In this document: piece after piece, positions 1 through 12,200 of the stretch
Numbering within the stretch: position 1 is the first letter of the stretch
Layout: each line of letters starts with the position of its first letter
From: Strigamia acuminata
Lineage: Eukaryota
Length of the DNA stretch: 64,000 nt
Assembly (NCBI GenBank): GCA_949358305.1
Contig: OX442314.1
Coordinates: forward strand, 19,220,001-19,284,000
Reading direction: 5' to 3'
Program-made: the position numbers and the translations under genes
Notes under the pieces: generated by a model
What the model was told of the DNA's origin: nothing
The model's database searches: none
Seen by the model: only the letters and a program-made list of their open reading frames with translations

Positions 1-1476
1 TTAAAAATCATTTCAAGTAATTCTCCGACGTGAGAAATAATCAAATTAAAAGTCAACCTTGGCAGTTGGCATCGCAATAATATCTTGGTTCAGGCCATAA
101 TTTATCCACACACCTTATAAATTAAACGATTCTATTTAAAAGTGCTTAAACTCTTATTAAGCGAAGACGCCACCTTTTACATTTCTTGAACTTTGGTTTG
201 GATTTACTTTCGTAAGCAAAACAGTACGTACACTGATGAATTCTTACAATTGGTTTACTGCTGCGATCTTTATTTTTATATTTCTTTTCCATTTTCTCGG
301 TACCACCAACTGTAGTTTTATTTTTTGCAGTTGACTTAGAAACCAAAACAAAAAAATATATAATTAAATAAATAAATAAATAACGTAGAAATGTGACACA
401 ATTTAATTGGCCACTCGTAATTACCAATCGTTTAAAAGCTTGTGGCGTTTCATCAATTTCCCTTATGTGTTTCTTTCTTCCGTTCCGAATTCTTTTCATG
501 AAATCTGACGTTTCTTGAATCAGTTTGCAGTCGTAATATTCGTCCACGCAATCACTCATTTCTTTAAATACCTCCACTTTAGCTTCTTTAGTGTTCAATA
601 AATTTTTAATCCAAGGAACTTGTTCTGCTTTCACACCTAACAACGACAACAGTTCCTCATTCCATTGCTCAACTAAAAACGTTTCTAATAATTTCGGTTT
701 AAAATTCGGCTTCAGATAATCTTCCGGTATCGTCCAATACTCTTCGTTATCGTTAGTTAAGGTTGGAGCAAACTGCCACTTATAAAACACATCACAAAGT
801 GCGCAACCAAACGCGAATCCTAAACATTTCGTCACCAATTCTTTTAACTAAAATACAAATGAATAAATTACAACTCCCGAGTGAGGTCTCACATTTTTTC
901 TCACCTGAACTTCAGGATTTTTCATCTTTATTCCTTGAATCAATTTCTTTTCTAATAAAAAATGAAAAAATATTTTATTAAAGTCTAAAAAAAAAATCCA
1001 TGTGTTATTTTACTTGAAGATATAACAAGCATCGGTCGAATCACCCTTTCCAAACAGTAATGTGATCTGCTCTGAACCGTTCCTTGCAAGAACTGTTTAT
1101 GGACGCACTCATTGATGTAGGTTGTCATAATTGGCCAATGCCTGTAAATCTATTAAATGAATATATATATACATCTACATCATTTCATTATAAGAGCATT
1201 TTTCTGCGATGGAAGATTTACCATGCACATATCGTAACAGGAAGGGTGCAGACAGAAAGTTAGCCAAAATCTAAACCAGAATGTAATTCCCTGAAACATT
1301 AAGCCAGATATAAGATTTACTGTATTCTGAGTAATAAAAAAAATAATTACTTGATTACAAATCATAGCTTCAAACATCTTTGGTCGATTGAGAACAAAAT
1401 TAGGCCCACATCCAAATTTTAACATTGTATCAAAATGAGTCATCACATTCTCCGTGTTCAAATGAATATATCTCAT
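1..1476 (-). CDS. Multi-exon MYND-type zinc-finger protein, paralogue 1; 3' end runs off the left edge
   Basis: Starts MRYIHL...GCGPNFVL at ATG 1476. Exons align with the + strand gene at 1788. Splicing near 173/113 joins CTYC...KKCKR to CVDKLWPEPRYYCDANCQ, which fits the MYND pattern CxxC...CxxC...YC...CQ. Some internal exon boundaries are approximate. Confidence 0.65.
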
Positions 1477-1787
1477 ATTGAAGTTTATACCTTTTTTTAC
1501 TTTCTCGTAAATTTTAAACGATTCTGGCTTGATTCTGAGGGTATAAAGTTTTTTACATAAAATTTTACAAACGTAAATTTTAAAAAAGAAAATGAAGTGG
1601 AAGAGACTGTAATCTGGTGAAGAAATTTGTAAGTTCTTTTAAAATGCACATTAAACAATAGTGTTTATTTTTTATTTTTTCATTTTCAATGCAAAAGACT
1701 ACAAGTTATCAAAATGGCAACAAATTGGAAAGAAACTCTTTGGCATAAACCCAATAACGTAAAATTTACAAGATCTTCCAACTGACC

Positions 1788-3902
1788 ATGAAATTTATCC
1801 ATTTGAGCAAAAAACAGCAAAAAACTCCTTATGATATGATTATAAAACATGGATGTGGGCCTAATTATGTTCTAAAACGTGAAGATAAATTTAGGAAAAT
1901 GATTGAAGAACAGGTAAATAGAGGTGTAGTGATAACAGTCAAATCGCTTACAACATTTTTTTGTTTTACTATACAAACGTAATTACTTTCAAAGGGAGAA
2001 ACATTTTGGTTCAGGTTTTGGTTTACAGTTTTCTACAATCCAACTTGTGATTACTTTCGAATGGTATGATTGACAACCAATTGAACGTAGATCCGTAATA
2101 GTTTTGCTCATACAGTTACACCACACAGATTGAAGAGAGTTTTCCAATTATGATGAACAATGTACACAAATACTGCCACTTCAAATTTCTTCAGGGTTTG
2201 TGTAGATTATGATTCTAAATTGCTGAAAGTATTTAAAACTTTATTTCATTTTCAGTTTCTACATCCAGTGCTGCAGATTACTGTGTGAATCTAATTAGAT
2301 CATTGAAGATATTACCAGAAGGTAACGCAACTTTCATCGTTTAAAGTTAGAATGATAATTAATAGTACTCCAAAACCCACCGCCATGTTTAAAAAAAAGA
2401 AATAAACGTTTAATTTTACGTTATGATGTTTCTTAGAGAAGCGAGTTAAGATTGACGTAAAGGAAAACAATGTAGATCTACAAAGGGTAATTTTACGTGG
2501 AAGTAAGCATAGAAAATAATGTCGGTATTAAAAAGAACTAAATAAGAATTTTTTACTACCATAAATTAGTACAATATACTGTATAATATTTTAATTGGTA
2601 CGTGACGAAAAAAATTGAGCTTGTCACTTTTTATTTTATTTAGTTACAAGATGAAATTCTTACTGCGGCAAATGTATCATTTGGAGTATCTCTTTGCGTC
2701 GTGTTTTACTATTGGTTAAAATCAGATGATACAAACAGTAACGCTAAAAATTATTGGATGATACCTCCAGAATATCTAGATCCACAGTTTGAGCCGGGAT
2801 TATTAGAGAAATTTCTTGCAAACGTGTGGAAAGAGAAACTACCAATATTATTGGGAGAAGACATAAATAATGTTCCTTGGTTAAAAGAGCATGTGAGGCG
2901 TCATGAACAAATGAAGAAATCGAAAAAAGATCCAGTTCACAATCATGTGCTGACTGAATGTATTAGAGATACCGCAGAAGAGTTGAGAACTTTACAAAAT
3001 GAAAACTTGCAAGCTGTACTTGCAGCGGAAGGTGATGTTCGCCCCTCGCGATCGCGACGGAGCAATAAAAAAAGAACAAAACAACTGGTAAATAACAACA
3101 AATTAATATTTTATGCATCGCAGTCGAGCCCTTTCTGCAGCATAAGAGATTCAGCATTGCTCCGACCGCATTGCCACTTTTGCAGCTAAAGGGGTTTATC
3201 TGACAATTTGATTGGCTCTCAGCAGTAAGGCCGGTCTTAAGGCAATTGAATCAATTGGATCCAATCGGGCCCCATAATAGGAGAGTCCAATTTCTATGAG
3301 GGTCAACCAAAATGATCCAAATTGGGCCCAAGACCGGCTCTGCTCAGCAGTTAAATGATCGCCGAGATCCAATCAAACTCAAGTGTGTGACAAACAATAA
3401 AGACCTTCTTATTTTAGTATTTAGACGTGAGATATCTGAAGTGCAGTAACTGTTCAGCCGTTGCATCTCGCAATGATAAATTTGCACATTGTTTGAAGTA
3501 GGTGAAAACTTATCAATAGTATGGTAATAATAAATAAGCATATGCTATTATCTACTGCAGATGTATAGAAGAAAATTGGCCTAATCCAAAATTTTATTGC
3601 AGTATTAACTGCCAAGGTAAAACTTTTTTACATTCGTAAAATGGTGTTCGTAAGTCGTTCAATATTTTTTCTTTTTTTTTCCAGTTAAACATTGGTACAA
3701 TTCCCATTTGAAAGAACACGTTCAGTACAAACAGGATAAAATATGTAATGACATTGAACAAGAAATGCTTGGCGGTTTTAGAATTATTGTTAGAAGATAT
3801 ATTTTTGTTTGTTTAATAAGTATACTTGTAGTTCGTTTGTTTCCATCTATCATTGATTATTGTTCTACGATTTTTAATGCTATTGCGGATAACCTGAAAT
3901 AA
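1788..3902 (+). CDS. Multi-exon MYND-type zinc-finger protein, paralogue 2
   Basis: Starts MKFIHL...GCGPNYVL and shares TFWFRFW and YW.IP..YL.P.F.P.LLE.FL blocks with the - strand gene. Last exons 3418-3497, 3561-3616 and 3685-3902 splice GT-AG in frame to CSNC...HCLKC...FYCSINCQVKHWYNSHLKEH. Confidence 0.65.
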
Positions 3903-4305
3903 AATCAAAGACTGTCATTATCATTTTCTTTCTTACAAGTTATATCGTTGTAGCAGCGTAAAAACTGCTTCAAAAATTATAACTTCAAACCAGTTTGTTT
4001 ACATAAGTTCGAATTTAATCAGGCAGGTAAATGATTCTACATGTATAGAAGTATAGTAAGTATCTGCTTTGACATCGAACATTTCTTTGAATTGATAGTT
4101 TAAGATCGAACATATAAATATTTGAAGTATATTGACATTTTACGCAGGTACATTGCACTCGAGAACTGTTTGATTGAAATGATAAACCTGCAAACAAACT
4201 CCAATACTATCTCGCAATGCAATCAAAATCAAGATACCGGTATATTACTTTAAACGAACATTCTTAAGAAAATAGCAATTGGTTGACATCATGATTTCGT
4301 TTACA

Positions 4306-7300
4306 ATGAAGCGAGAAAGGTTTCTGATTTACAAATATACTAGAAGGCATGTAAAGACATTTTTGCAAATGATACAAGAGAGTAAAACTTGCAATCAGCC
4401 TTTAGTAGGAGTGCGCTATATGAATAGCAGTAAACACGTTGCATTCAGAGCTATGTGGTTTGGTCTTATATTGTGCTGCCTCTCAGTTTGTGGTTATCAA
4501 ACGCATGAGCGTTTTACTCATTATTTTGATTTTCCAGTTAGAGTAGATGTTGATTTTAGTGAAAGTACAAATTTACTTCTACCATCTACAACCATCTGTT
4601 CCCAAGATACGGATTTATGGGTAGAATATGTCAAAGAAAATCCAAAGTTGCAAGAAGCAATGCAATTACATCAGCAAAATCTTCCTTGTGCGAATCAACT
4701 CTTCAAATTCTATCAATCTATAAATAAAAGCAACGTTGCAGATATTTGGAAAATGTTCAACACCTCTTCGGTTATAGAAGAAAGCAATCTGTGGAAGGTA
4801 ATGTTTTTATAGCATGAATAATTATTCTTATTTGTTAAAAATTAATTTAGGGAACCAAAAAGCTTCGCAATGTGAAATCAACGGCTGTCAATTTACCAAT
4901 GGGCATTTGTACAATGTTTACGTTCGGTAAGTATTTGGAAGAGAAATTATAGAACTTTATTTTTATCATAATAATTTTAATTACAAACAGACAATAAAAA
5001 TAATGATACAGCAGCAAATGAATTGCATGTGACAGTCAGAAAACCTAACGGAGGTTGTGATCGAAGTTCGGCAATAATGGTAAGAAATTGCTATGCACCT
5101 AGGTGCGGCACAAAAAATTATGAACACGTGAAATTTGTTTGTTTTCAATTGATCTCGTCATTTTATGGTTTTCTAACCTATTCCAATCGTTTTTTCACAT
5201 CAAAATATGCAAGAAACCTTGTTTTTTAACATGGAAACTTTTATTTTTCTCTCGTAATCAACTAAAATGAAAAAACACCCTGGTTCAAAAAATTATGAAC
5301 AGTTGGTTAACAATGATTTATGACAATGTAGGCAATGATTTAGTACCATTTAATACCAAGTAAAGTTACCCTACTTTAGTATGCCTATGTACACCCTGTC
5401 TAACATGGAATTAATTAGTGATTTTAATGTGGTGTTAACATGGTCTGCGACGCATTTTCCATTTGACTGTAAATAAAAATCAGTCTGCTCGAAAAATTGC
5501 TAATGAATTGAGTGTAAATGTATAAAATACCACATTTACTTGAGTTTTGAAGAAGAATGACAATAGTAAGTAGATGAAAAAGAAGGCAAAACCCTTCCTA
5601 AAAAAGAAGCGCAAAGAAGACCTTTGAAAAATACTCATCTTCTTTATTTAAATTATGCCAATAGTATTTATTGCCATCTGGGTCATTAAGGTTGAACTTT
5701 TTTCATCACAGAAAATTATTTTTTTCCATTCTGCATCCCAGGTTTAATATTTTTTTGCCCACTTTAATCTGTCTTCTTTGCGCTTCTTTTTTAGGAAGGG
5801 TTTTGCCTTCTTTTTCATCTACTTACTATTGTCATTCTTCTTCAAAACTCAAGTAAATGTGGTATTTTATACATTTACACTCAATTCATTAGCAATTTTT
5901 CGAGCAGACTGATTTTTATTTACAGTCAAATGGAAAATGCGTCGCAGACCATGTTAACACCACATTAAAATCACTAATTAATTCCATGTTAGACAGGGTG
6001 TACATAGGCATACTAAAGTAGGGTAACTTTACTTGGTATTAAATGGTACTAAATCATTGCCTACATTGTCATAAATCATTGTTAACCAACTGTTCATAAT
6101 TTTTTGAACCAGGGTGTTTTTTCATTTTAGTTGATTACGAGAGAAAAATAAAAGTTTCCATGTTAAAAAACAAGGTTTCTTGCTTATTTTGATGTGAAAA
6201 AACGATTGGAATAAGTTAGAAAACCATAAAATGACGAGATCATTTCAAAACAAACAAATTTCACGTGTTCATAATTTTTTGTGCTGCACCTTAATTGTGC
6301 TCCTGTGAAAATAAGTATATCTTAACCATTTACTGGCAGATGACATTTCAAGATAATAACTTTAAATCTGATCTGAAACAATTCTGGCACATTCCGACTA
6401 ATTTCCAAGTGGATGTTAACGTCCAATGGATTAAGGTGGCTGTAATAATATAATACATTCTTTTTAACTTTTGCACCATTGGCTATTGACCTGTCCACGT
6501 CACAAATAAATAATAGAAAAATAGTACGGAGTACTAAAAATGCAACGAGACATCTAATGTATTCTTCATGCGTTCGTTCCATCGATGAATTCGGATTCGG
6601 GGAGGGAGCGATTCACAAGTCAGCCATTAAGTTCAGCAAGATTTGCGTAAGAATTTATTTAGCATAAACTATATAGGTGGCACTAGGAATGCGCAGCGAC
6701 ACAAATTAACATAGAATTCAACATGGAGTTCAGACATTCCAGTATCTACCTCAAAAGGACGTTGATCGAAAAAAGCAACTACCGTATAATATAATAAGGA
6801 TGATAACGTAATAATGATTTTTATTAGTTAGTCGGGTCTGGGTACGGTTTCAATCACAGTTTCGAGCACAGCTTCACAGTCTCTGTTCTTGAACTTGAGG
6901 TCTTCTTATTGGTTAAGATTACACGATTCAGTTATTTGTATCCTCGAGCTTGTAATGCCAAACCAATGAAAATTTGTCGCAAGTTTTTGTCTCGTTGTAT
7001 ATAAACATTAGTCTTTTCTTATAAAATTCTTTATTCTTAATGCAGTACAATTTTTTACCAACAAACAATCGAAGTACAAGTTGCGTTTCTGTGCAAGAAT
7101 ATTTAGATTGCTCAATGTCCTGCCATCAGTGGTTGTACGATCAACTTAATAAGAAGTACAATTGGAGTATTAATTGCAAGTAAGTAACATTTTACTTTTA
7201 CACAATCATAAATACTTGTTGGGTAAGAAGAATCTGGGACTGTGCACAGTTTAATTAAGATAAAACTTATATTTCGTCTGAATATAGATACCCATTTGAG

Positions 7301-9261
7301 GATGAAGTCGATTTACCCTTGTGCAATACACCTTTACAGAAATTTGAATTTAGTACGTTAATGGCTTTACGTTTTGATCCATCTAGTTGTCACTGCGTGA
7401 GACATTGCGATAATCATGCATTTGATTTAAGCATGTATTATTATTTTAACAAAGATCCAGGAAGTAATATTAGAATTATAAAACACAAATACGTAACATC
7501 GTTTAACGAGATGTACGATTATGATGGTTTTACACTTCTGGGTGATGTTGGTGGAAACGTTGGCCTTTTATTGGGATTATCGGTTCTCTCGCTGTGCGAA
7601 ATATTGAATTGCATATTCTTACGGATTAAAACACAGAGAAAACTTAGAATTTTTAGAAGGTCCCTTCCAAATAAAAAAATGTGGTCTATATTTAAAAAAG
7701 AAATGATTAGAATTAAGATGACTCAAACCCATGCATCAATACCACTGACCCGATTACTGAAAGATAATCAGTTAAAAACTTTGAATATTTTGATGATCAG
7801 CATTTATTTCGCGCTTGCAATTCTATGTTCATCTTTTACTTGGGACAGAATGCGCTTTTACTGGAAATATCCCACTAAAAACATAGTAATAGTCGATAAG
7901 GATAAATGGGTTACATTTCCAACAATCACAATATGTGCAGCAAATACATACGTTGGGAATCTAAGAAAATTATATTATGAAAAAACTGGCAAAAGAACTT
8001 GCATGACATTAGATAACTACGTAGATATGGCTGGAATCTCAATTAAAGAGATGTGGGAAAAATCTGCAACAAGTTCTTTAATTTACCACCAACCACCATA
8101 TGCGCAAAGTTATCCTTTGGATTATGTAAATATAATTTTGATTCCATTATATTAGAAATTATAAACTTTTTGTTTAGGAGTTTTTTGACATTGAGAAATT
8201 TGATCGATATATGATGAATGCAACTACAACCTATTCGAATGTTTCGACCATTTACGGAAATTGTGTACAATATGACAGAGGTAGAAAAATAATATACGAA
8301 AATAAAAGATGAAATTATAAAACTCAACATATACGGTAATTTAGGTAAACAATATATGTTTGGAACTACAGCGACGTTTTCAAAAACAATATTGAATCGT
8401 ATTAATGGCTCTGATTGCGAACCTTTAGTGATATCTGTAAGTGAAAGTCTTCTATTCTACTTGTATCAATAAAAACATCGTTCCAAATTTACAAATGCAT
8501 TTGTTACTTAGATTTTTCTATCGCCTAAAAATTGTCCAATGCACTTTGGGTTGTTAAGTAGATTAGAAGTACCAGTGAATAGAGTTTCAATTATTACATT
8601 GAAATACAGAAAAGTAAATCGTGTAGTCTTCACAATAAAATAAATCGAAAATTCAGTAAACAACTTATTCAACTTATTCATTTTTTTAGCTGTACAGATT
8701 GAAGACTCCCAATTACAATTGCCAAGGAAGGAAAAAAGCTCTTAAATGTTTTACCGCATGTCGTGAAGAAATACTAATGAAAAAAATACCATGCAGGAAA
8801 GTTTGCATTTTTGTACTTAAACTATTGTATCATTGATTTGAGTAGTATCAGGTCTAATTTAAGTTCATTATTCTAACAGATTGCCCTTTATGCCTGAAAG
8901 TAATAAAACTGTATGCTGCACAAATTCAAGCTTTGCAATCATTGCAAAAAGAATGTACGACAAAATCTATTTAAAGAAAATGACAAATGAAGAATGTTAT
9001 TGTGTTTTACCTTGCACCGAAGATGTGTACGAATATCATGACTTCAGTGAGCCTCAAGAGGAAATGCACACTTTCATCAGTATATTTTTCGGCTCGACTC
9101 TCTTTGAAACTATACATGAAAAATACTGCTATGAGATAATCAAATGTATCTGCGATATCGGTTCCATTCTCTCAGTTGGTTTAGGTTTTTCGGTTTTAGT
9201 GTTTTTTGAAACACTGCAATATATCACTGAAAAAGTCTGCCGTTTGATTCATATAACTTAG
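4306..9261 (+). CDS. Two-domain (tandem-fused) DEG/ENaC family channel, copy A, ~836 aa, 11 exons
   Basis: Exons 4306-4797, 4851-4926, 4991-5079, 6340-6435, 7046-7179, 7288-8125, 8178-8280, 8345-8436, 8512-8613, 8690-8796 and 8880-9261 sum to 2511 nt in frame. Motifs: TM1 + LPSTTIC; Cys-rich thumb; TM2 YDGFTLLGDVGGNVGLLLGLSVLSLCE; second TM1 + FPTITIC; second TM2 CDIGSILSVGLGFSVLVFFE. The model needs a GA donor at 8797. Confidence 0.88.
5102..6290. mobile_element. Foldback/long-TIR non-autonomous element in intron 3 of copy A
   Basis: Near-perfect inverted arms of ~520 bp (5102-5621 and 5771-6290) around a ~150 bp spacer. The equivalent intron of copy B is only 54 nt. Confidence 0.8.
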
Positions 9262-12200
9262 CATGCTTTCAAAATGTAGCCTACACGACACTGTAATAAT
9301 ACATTATGTGTTAAAAGTACACATTCTATAACATGTGTACAGAATACTGTATTTGTAGACAATATTCTGTGTAACTGCAGTTTATGGTTTCAAATTTATA
9401 CCTCATATAATTGTAATGTACACTTTAAGTAAGTTGCAGTAAATCGAGCTTTACAAATATAGTTTAGTTTGTTGAATATAGATATTTGAGTATTTCTCTG
9501 CTGTTTAATATAAAAAATTAACTGTTGCAATTGCGCTTGCTAATTTTTCTGCAGCACAGGAATTATGAAATAAATTGCATTATCAGAAAAAATGTTGGAA
9601 ATAACAGCTTTGACTTGTCTCCATTTACAAACTTCAATCGAATAGTTCATAATAAATGTTTAATGAAAATAATAATAATAATCATTTCAAAGGAAATCGT
9701 AAGTGAAATCAACTTTGAAAGTGTTGGAGAAAGGAGAGAAAATGTTGAAAACTGATCATTGCGGGAAGATAAAAGTGTTGCAATAAAATAATATACCAGT
9801 GAGTAGATTGATAAGAATTGCTGAAGCTAAATAAATTATAAACTTTCAAGCACACGACTCAATCGTATCTGAATTACAATCGGTATTGGTTTTATTTGTG
9901 TAAAAAAGCATTCTAGGGCGGCAAGTCGATTATAGCGACGTCGACCCCCAAATAATTCAAAGTTCTATGTGCAAAGTATTTATTTGAACTAAACTGTAGG
10001 CAAAGCACAATAAATAACAAGACAAACAAATGTAACTTTTGTAATGTCAGGCTGCTTAAAATATACAAGACTAACACAGAAGCTGCAAATTAGAGTAGCT
10101 ATGGCACAAAAGATCGGTCCCCAAGTTTCCGTGTCAACTTGCGAGATATATTTTTATCAAGTAAGCAGAATCTAGCTGTTTAAGTATTAATGACATATTG
10201 TGCTGGAGCAGTGTGTATGAGAACTGATTGAAATGATAACTCAAGAAATGTGTTTTTCCATACTATCTTTACAATCAGTATCGATACAATGTAGTATTTG
10301 AAATAATATAAAAGCGTGAGTTTGTGCGACAAATAGCACATGCAGTTTAGTTGTCATTTCATCAACTTCATTTACAATGAATGGTCGAAAATTTTTAATC
10401 TACAAAAACACCAAGAGGCAAGTAAAGATCTTTCTTCGCATGGTAGAAAATAGGCAGAAATACACCCTACCTCTTGTAGGGGCATCTTACATTATGAGCA
10501 GTAAGCATGTTGTCTTTAGAGTCATGTGGTTTAGCCTCGTAGTATGTTGTCTCTCAGTCTGTGGATATCAAACGCGTGAGCGTTTTGCATATTATTTTAA
10601 TAATCCGATTAGAGTAGATGTTAATTTTGAAGAAAGTACTCATTTACTTCTGCCATCTACAACCATCTGTTCTCAAGACACGGATTTATGGGCACAAAAT
10701 GTCAAAGAAAATCCAAAGTTACAAAGAGCAATAAATTACAATTTCCAAGATGTTCCTTGTGCTAATCAACTGTTACAATTTTTCTACGAAATAAATAAAA
10801 CTAATGTTGCAGAAATTTGGAAAATGTTCAATACTTCTTCAGTTATAAAAGATAGCCATTTATGGGAGGTATGAAGTATATTGATATTGTAATCAAGTGT
10901 TCTCCACATACTAAAATTAATTTAATTAGGGAAAGAAACGACTTCGCAATGTGCATCAAACTGCTGTCAATTTACCAGTGGGTATTTGTACAATGTTTAC
11001 GTTTGGTAAGTATTTGGAAGAGGAATGAGTGAACTTTAATTTTATTCTGTTTGATGCTTTGCATTGATCAATTACAGGTAATGAAAGTCAAAATAAGAAA
11101 AAAAATGAATTGCATCTGACAGTCAGAAAACCTGATGGCGGTTGTAACAGAAGTTCAGCAATAATGGTACGCATTTAATTGTGTTTCGGTCTGGAGTATA
11201 TATCTTGGCATTTACTGCAGATGACGTTTCAAGAAAACAATTTTAAATCTGATCTGAAACAATTCTGGCACATTCCAACTAATTTTCGAGTGGATGTTCG
11301 TGTAAAATGGATTAAGGTAACAATATTGTGCACACGTACAGTTTCAGTGTTGAATGCGCAAAAATCATTTTATTCTCTAAAATTAATAATTATTTGACAA
11401 AACAGAATGACCACAAAGAATTTTTTTTACAAAAACGTAAAAAATCAAGACTACCGGTACCGTATTTCATTTCATGCTGATTATTATTAGTGTTCCATAA
11501 TAAATGGAAAATATACAGTACGGTACTTATATGTTTACAACATTTGTAAACAACATTTGTGTGATATCCACTGTGTTGTGTGGAATAGATGTTTGTAATC
11601 ACTTCGGGCCTGAGTCACAAGTGAAACTAGTGGAAAAAGAACTACGCTACAAAGTTGGCTACGTGTTTATTTACAACAAAGGTGGGTTGCCCGGTAGATA
11701 CCCGGCAACCTTACAATGATCGCTTAGCGGAACGATTTGCGGATGCAACACTCTTCCCCCCTCACAAGATGAAGCCTGTGAACCAGAAGATAGTGTTGGC
11801 CATGAGGAGGGTGCATCCAACAAGCAACAGAGTGGCGACCTATAGTCGTCAATGCGCAGTAGACAGCAAACGCCAAAGGGTGGCCGCGAGCAAGCATCCA
11901 AAGGAGTTGGCAACAAATGAGCACCTGATGGTCGGTGACGAGATGGCGCCAGAAAAACGGCGATAATTGAGCACCAGACGATGGCAAATGGCGAGCGCCA
12001 AAAGGTAGCAAAAAGCGGCTGATGAACATCGGAGGCAAGCACTTGGGCAGCGAAAAACATGGCTCTTCAAAGCAGAATGTGACCATTTCTTTTCACCTAT
12101 AAGGTTGACAATTAAGCACATGAATTAAATAAATAGTCAAATGAATACTGTTAGGGCTAAACAAAGAAAGAAGAGAAAGGCGCGAGAACAACCAACGGAA

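Noticed and set aside
146..838. Single-exon 230-aa protein with a hydrophobic segment
   Set aside because: The FLRYLFIYLIIYFF stretch looks like an AT-rich intron read in frame. The ORF is part of the spliced MYND gene.
7319..8155. Two adjacent single-domain channel genes wrongly joined
   Set aside because: The TM2-to-TM1 junction is inside one stop-free exon in five diverged copies, with no room for a terminator or promoter.
8797..8806. Canonical GT donor after TGC AGG AAA as the main splice site
   Set aside because: It shifts the conserved last exon out of frame, no phase-0 acceptor is available nearby in copy A, and the GT is missing in copy D. It is kept only as a possible minor isoform.
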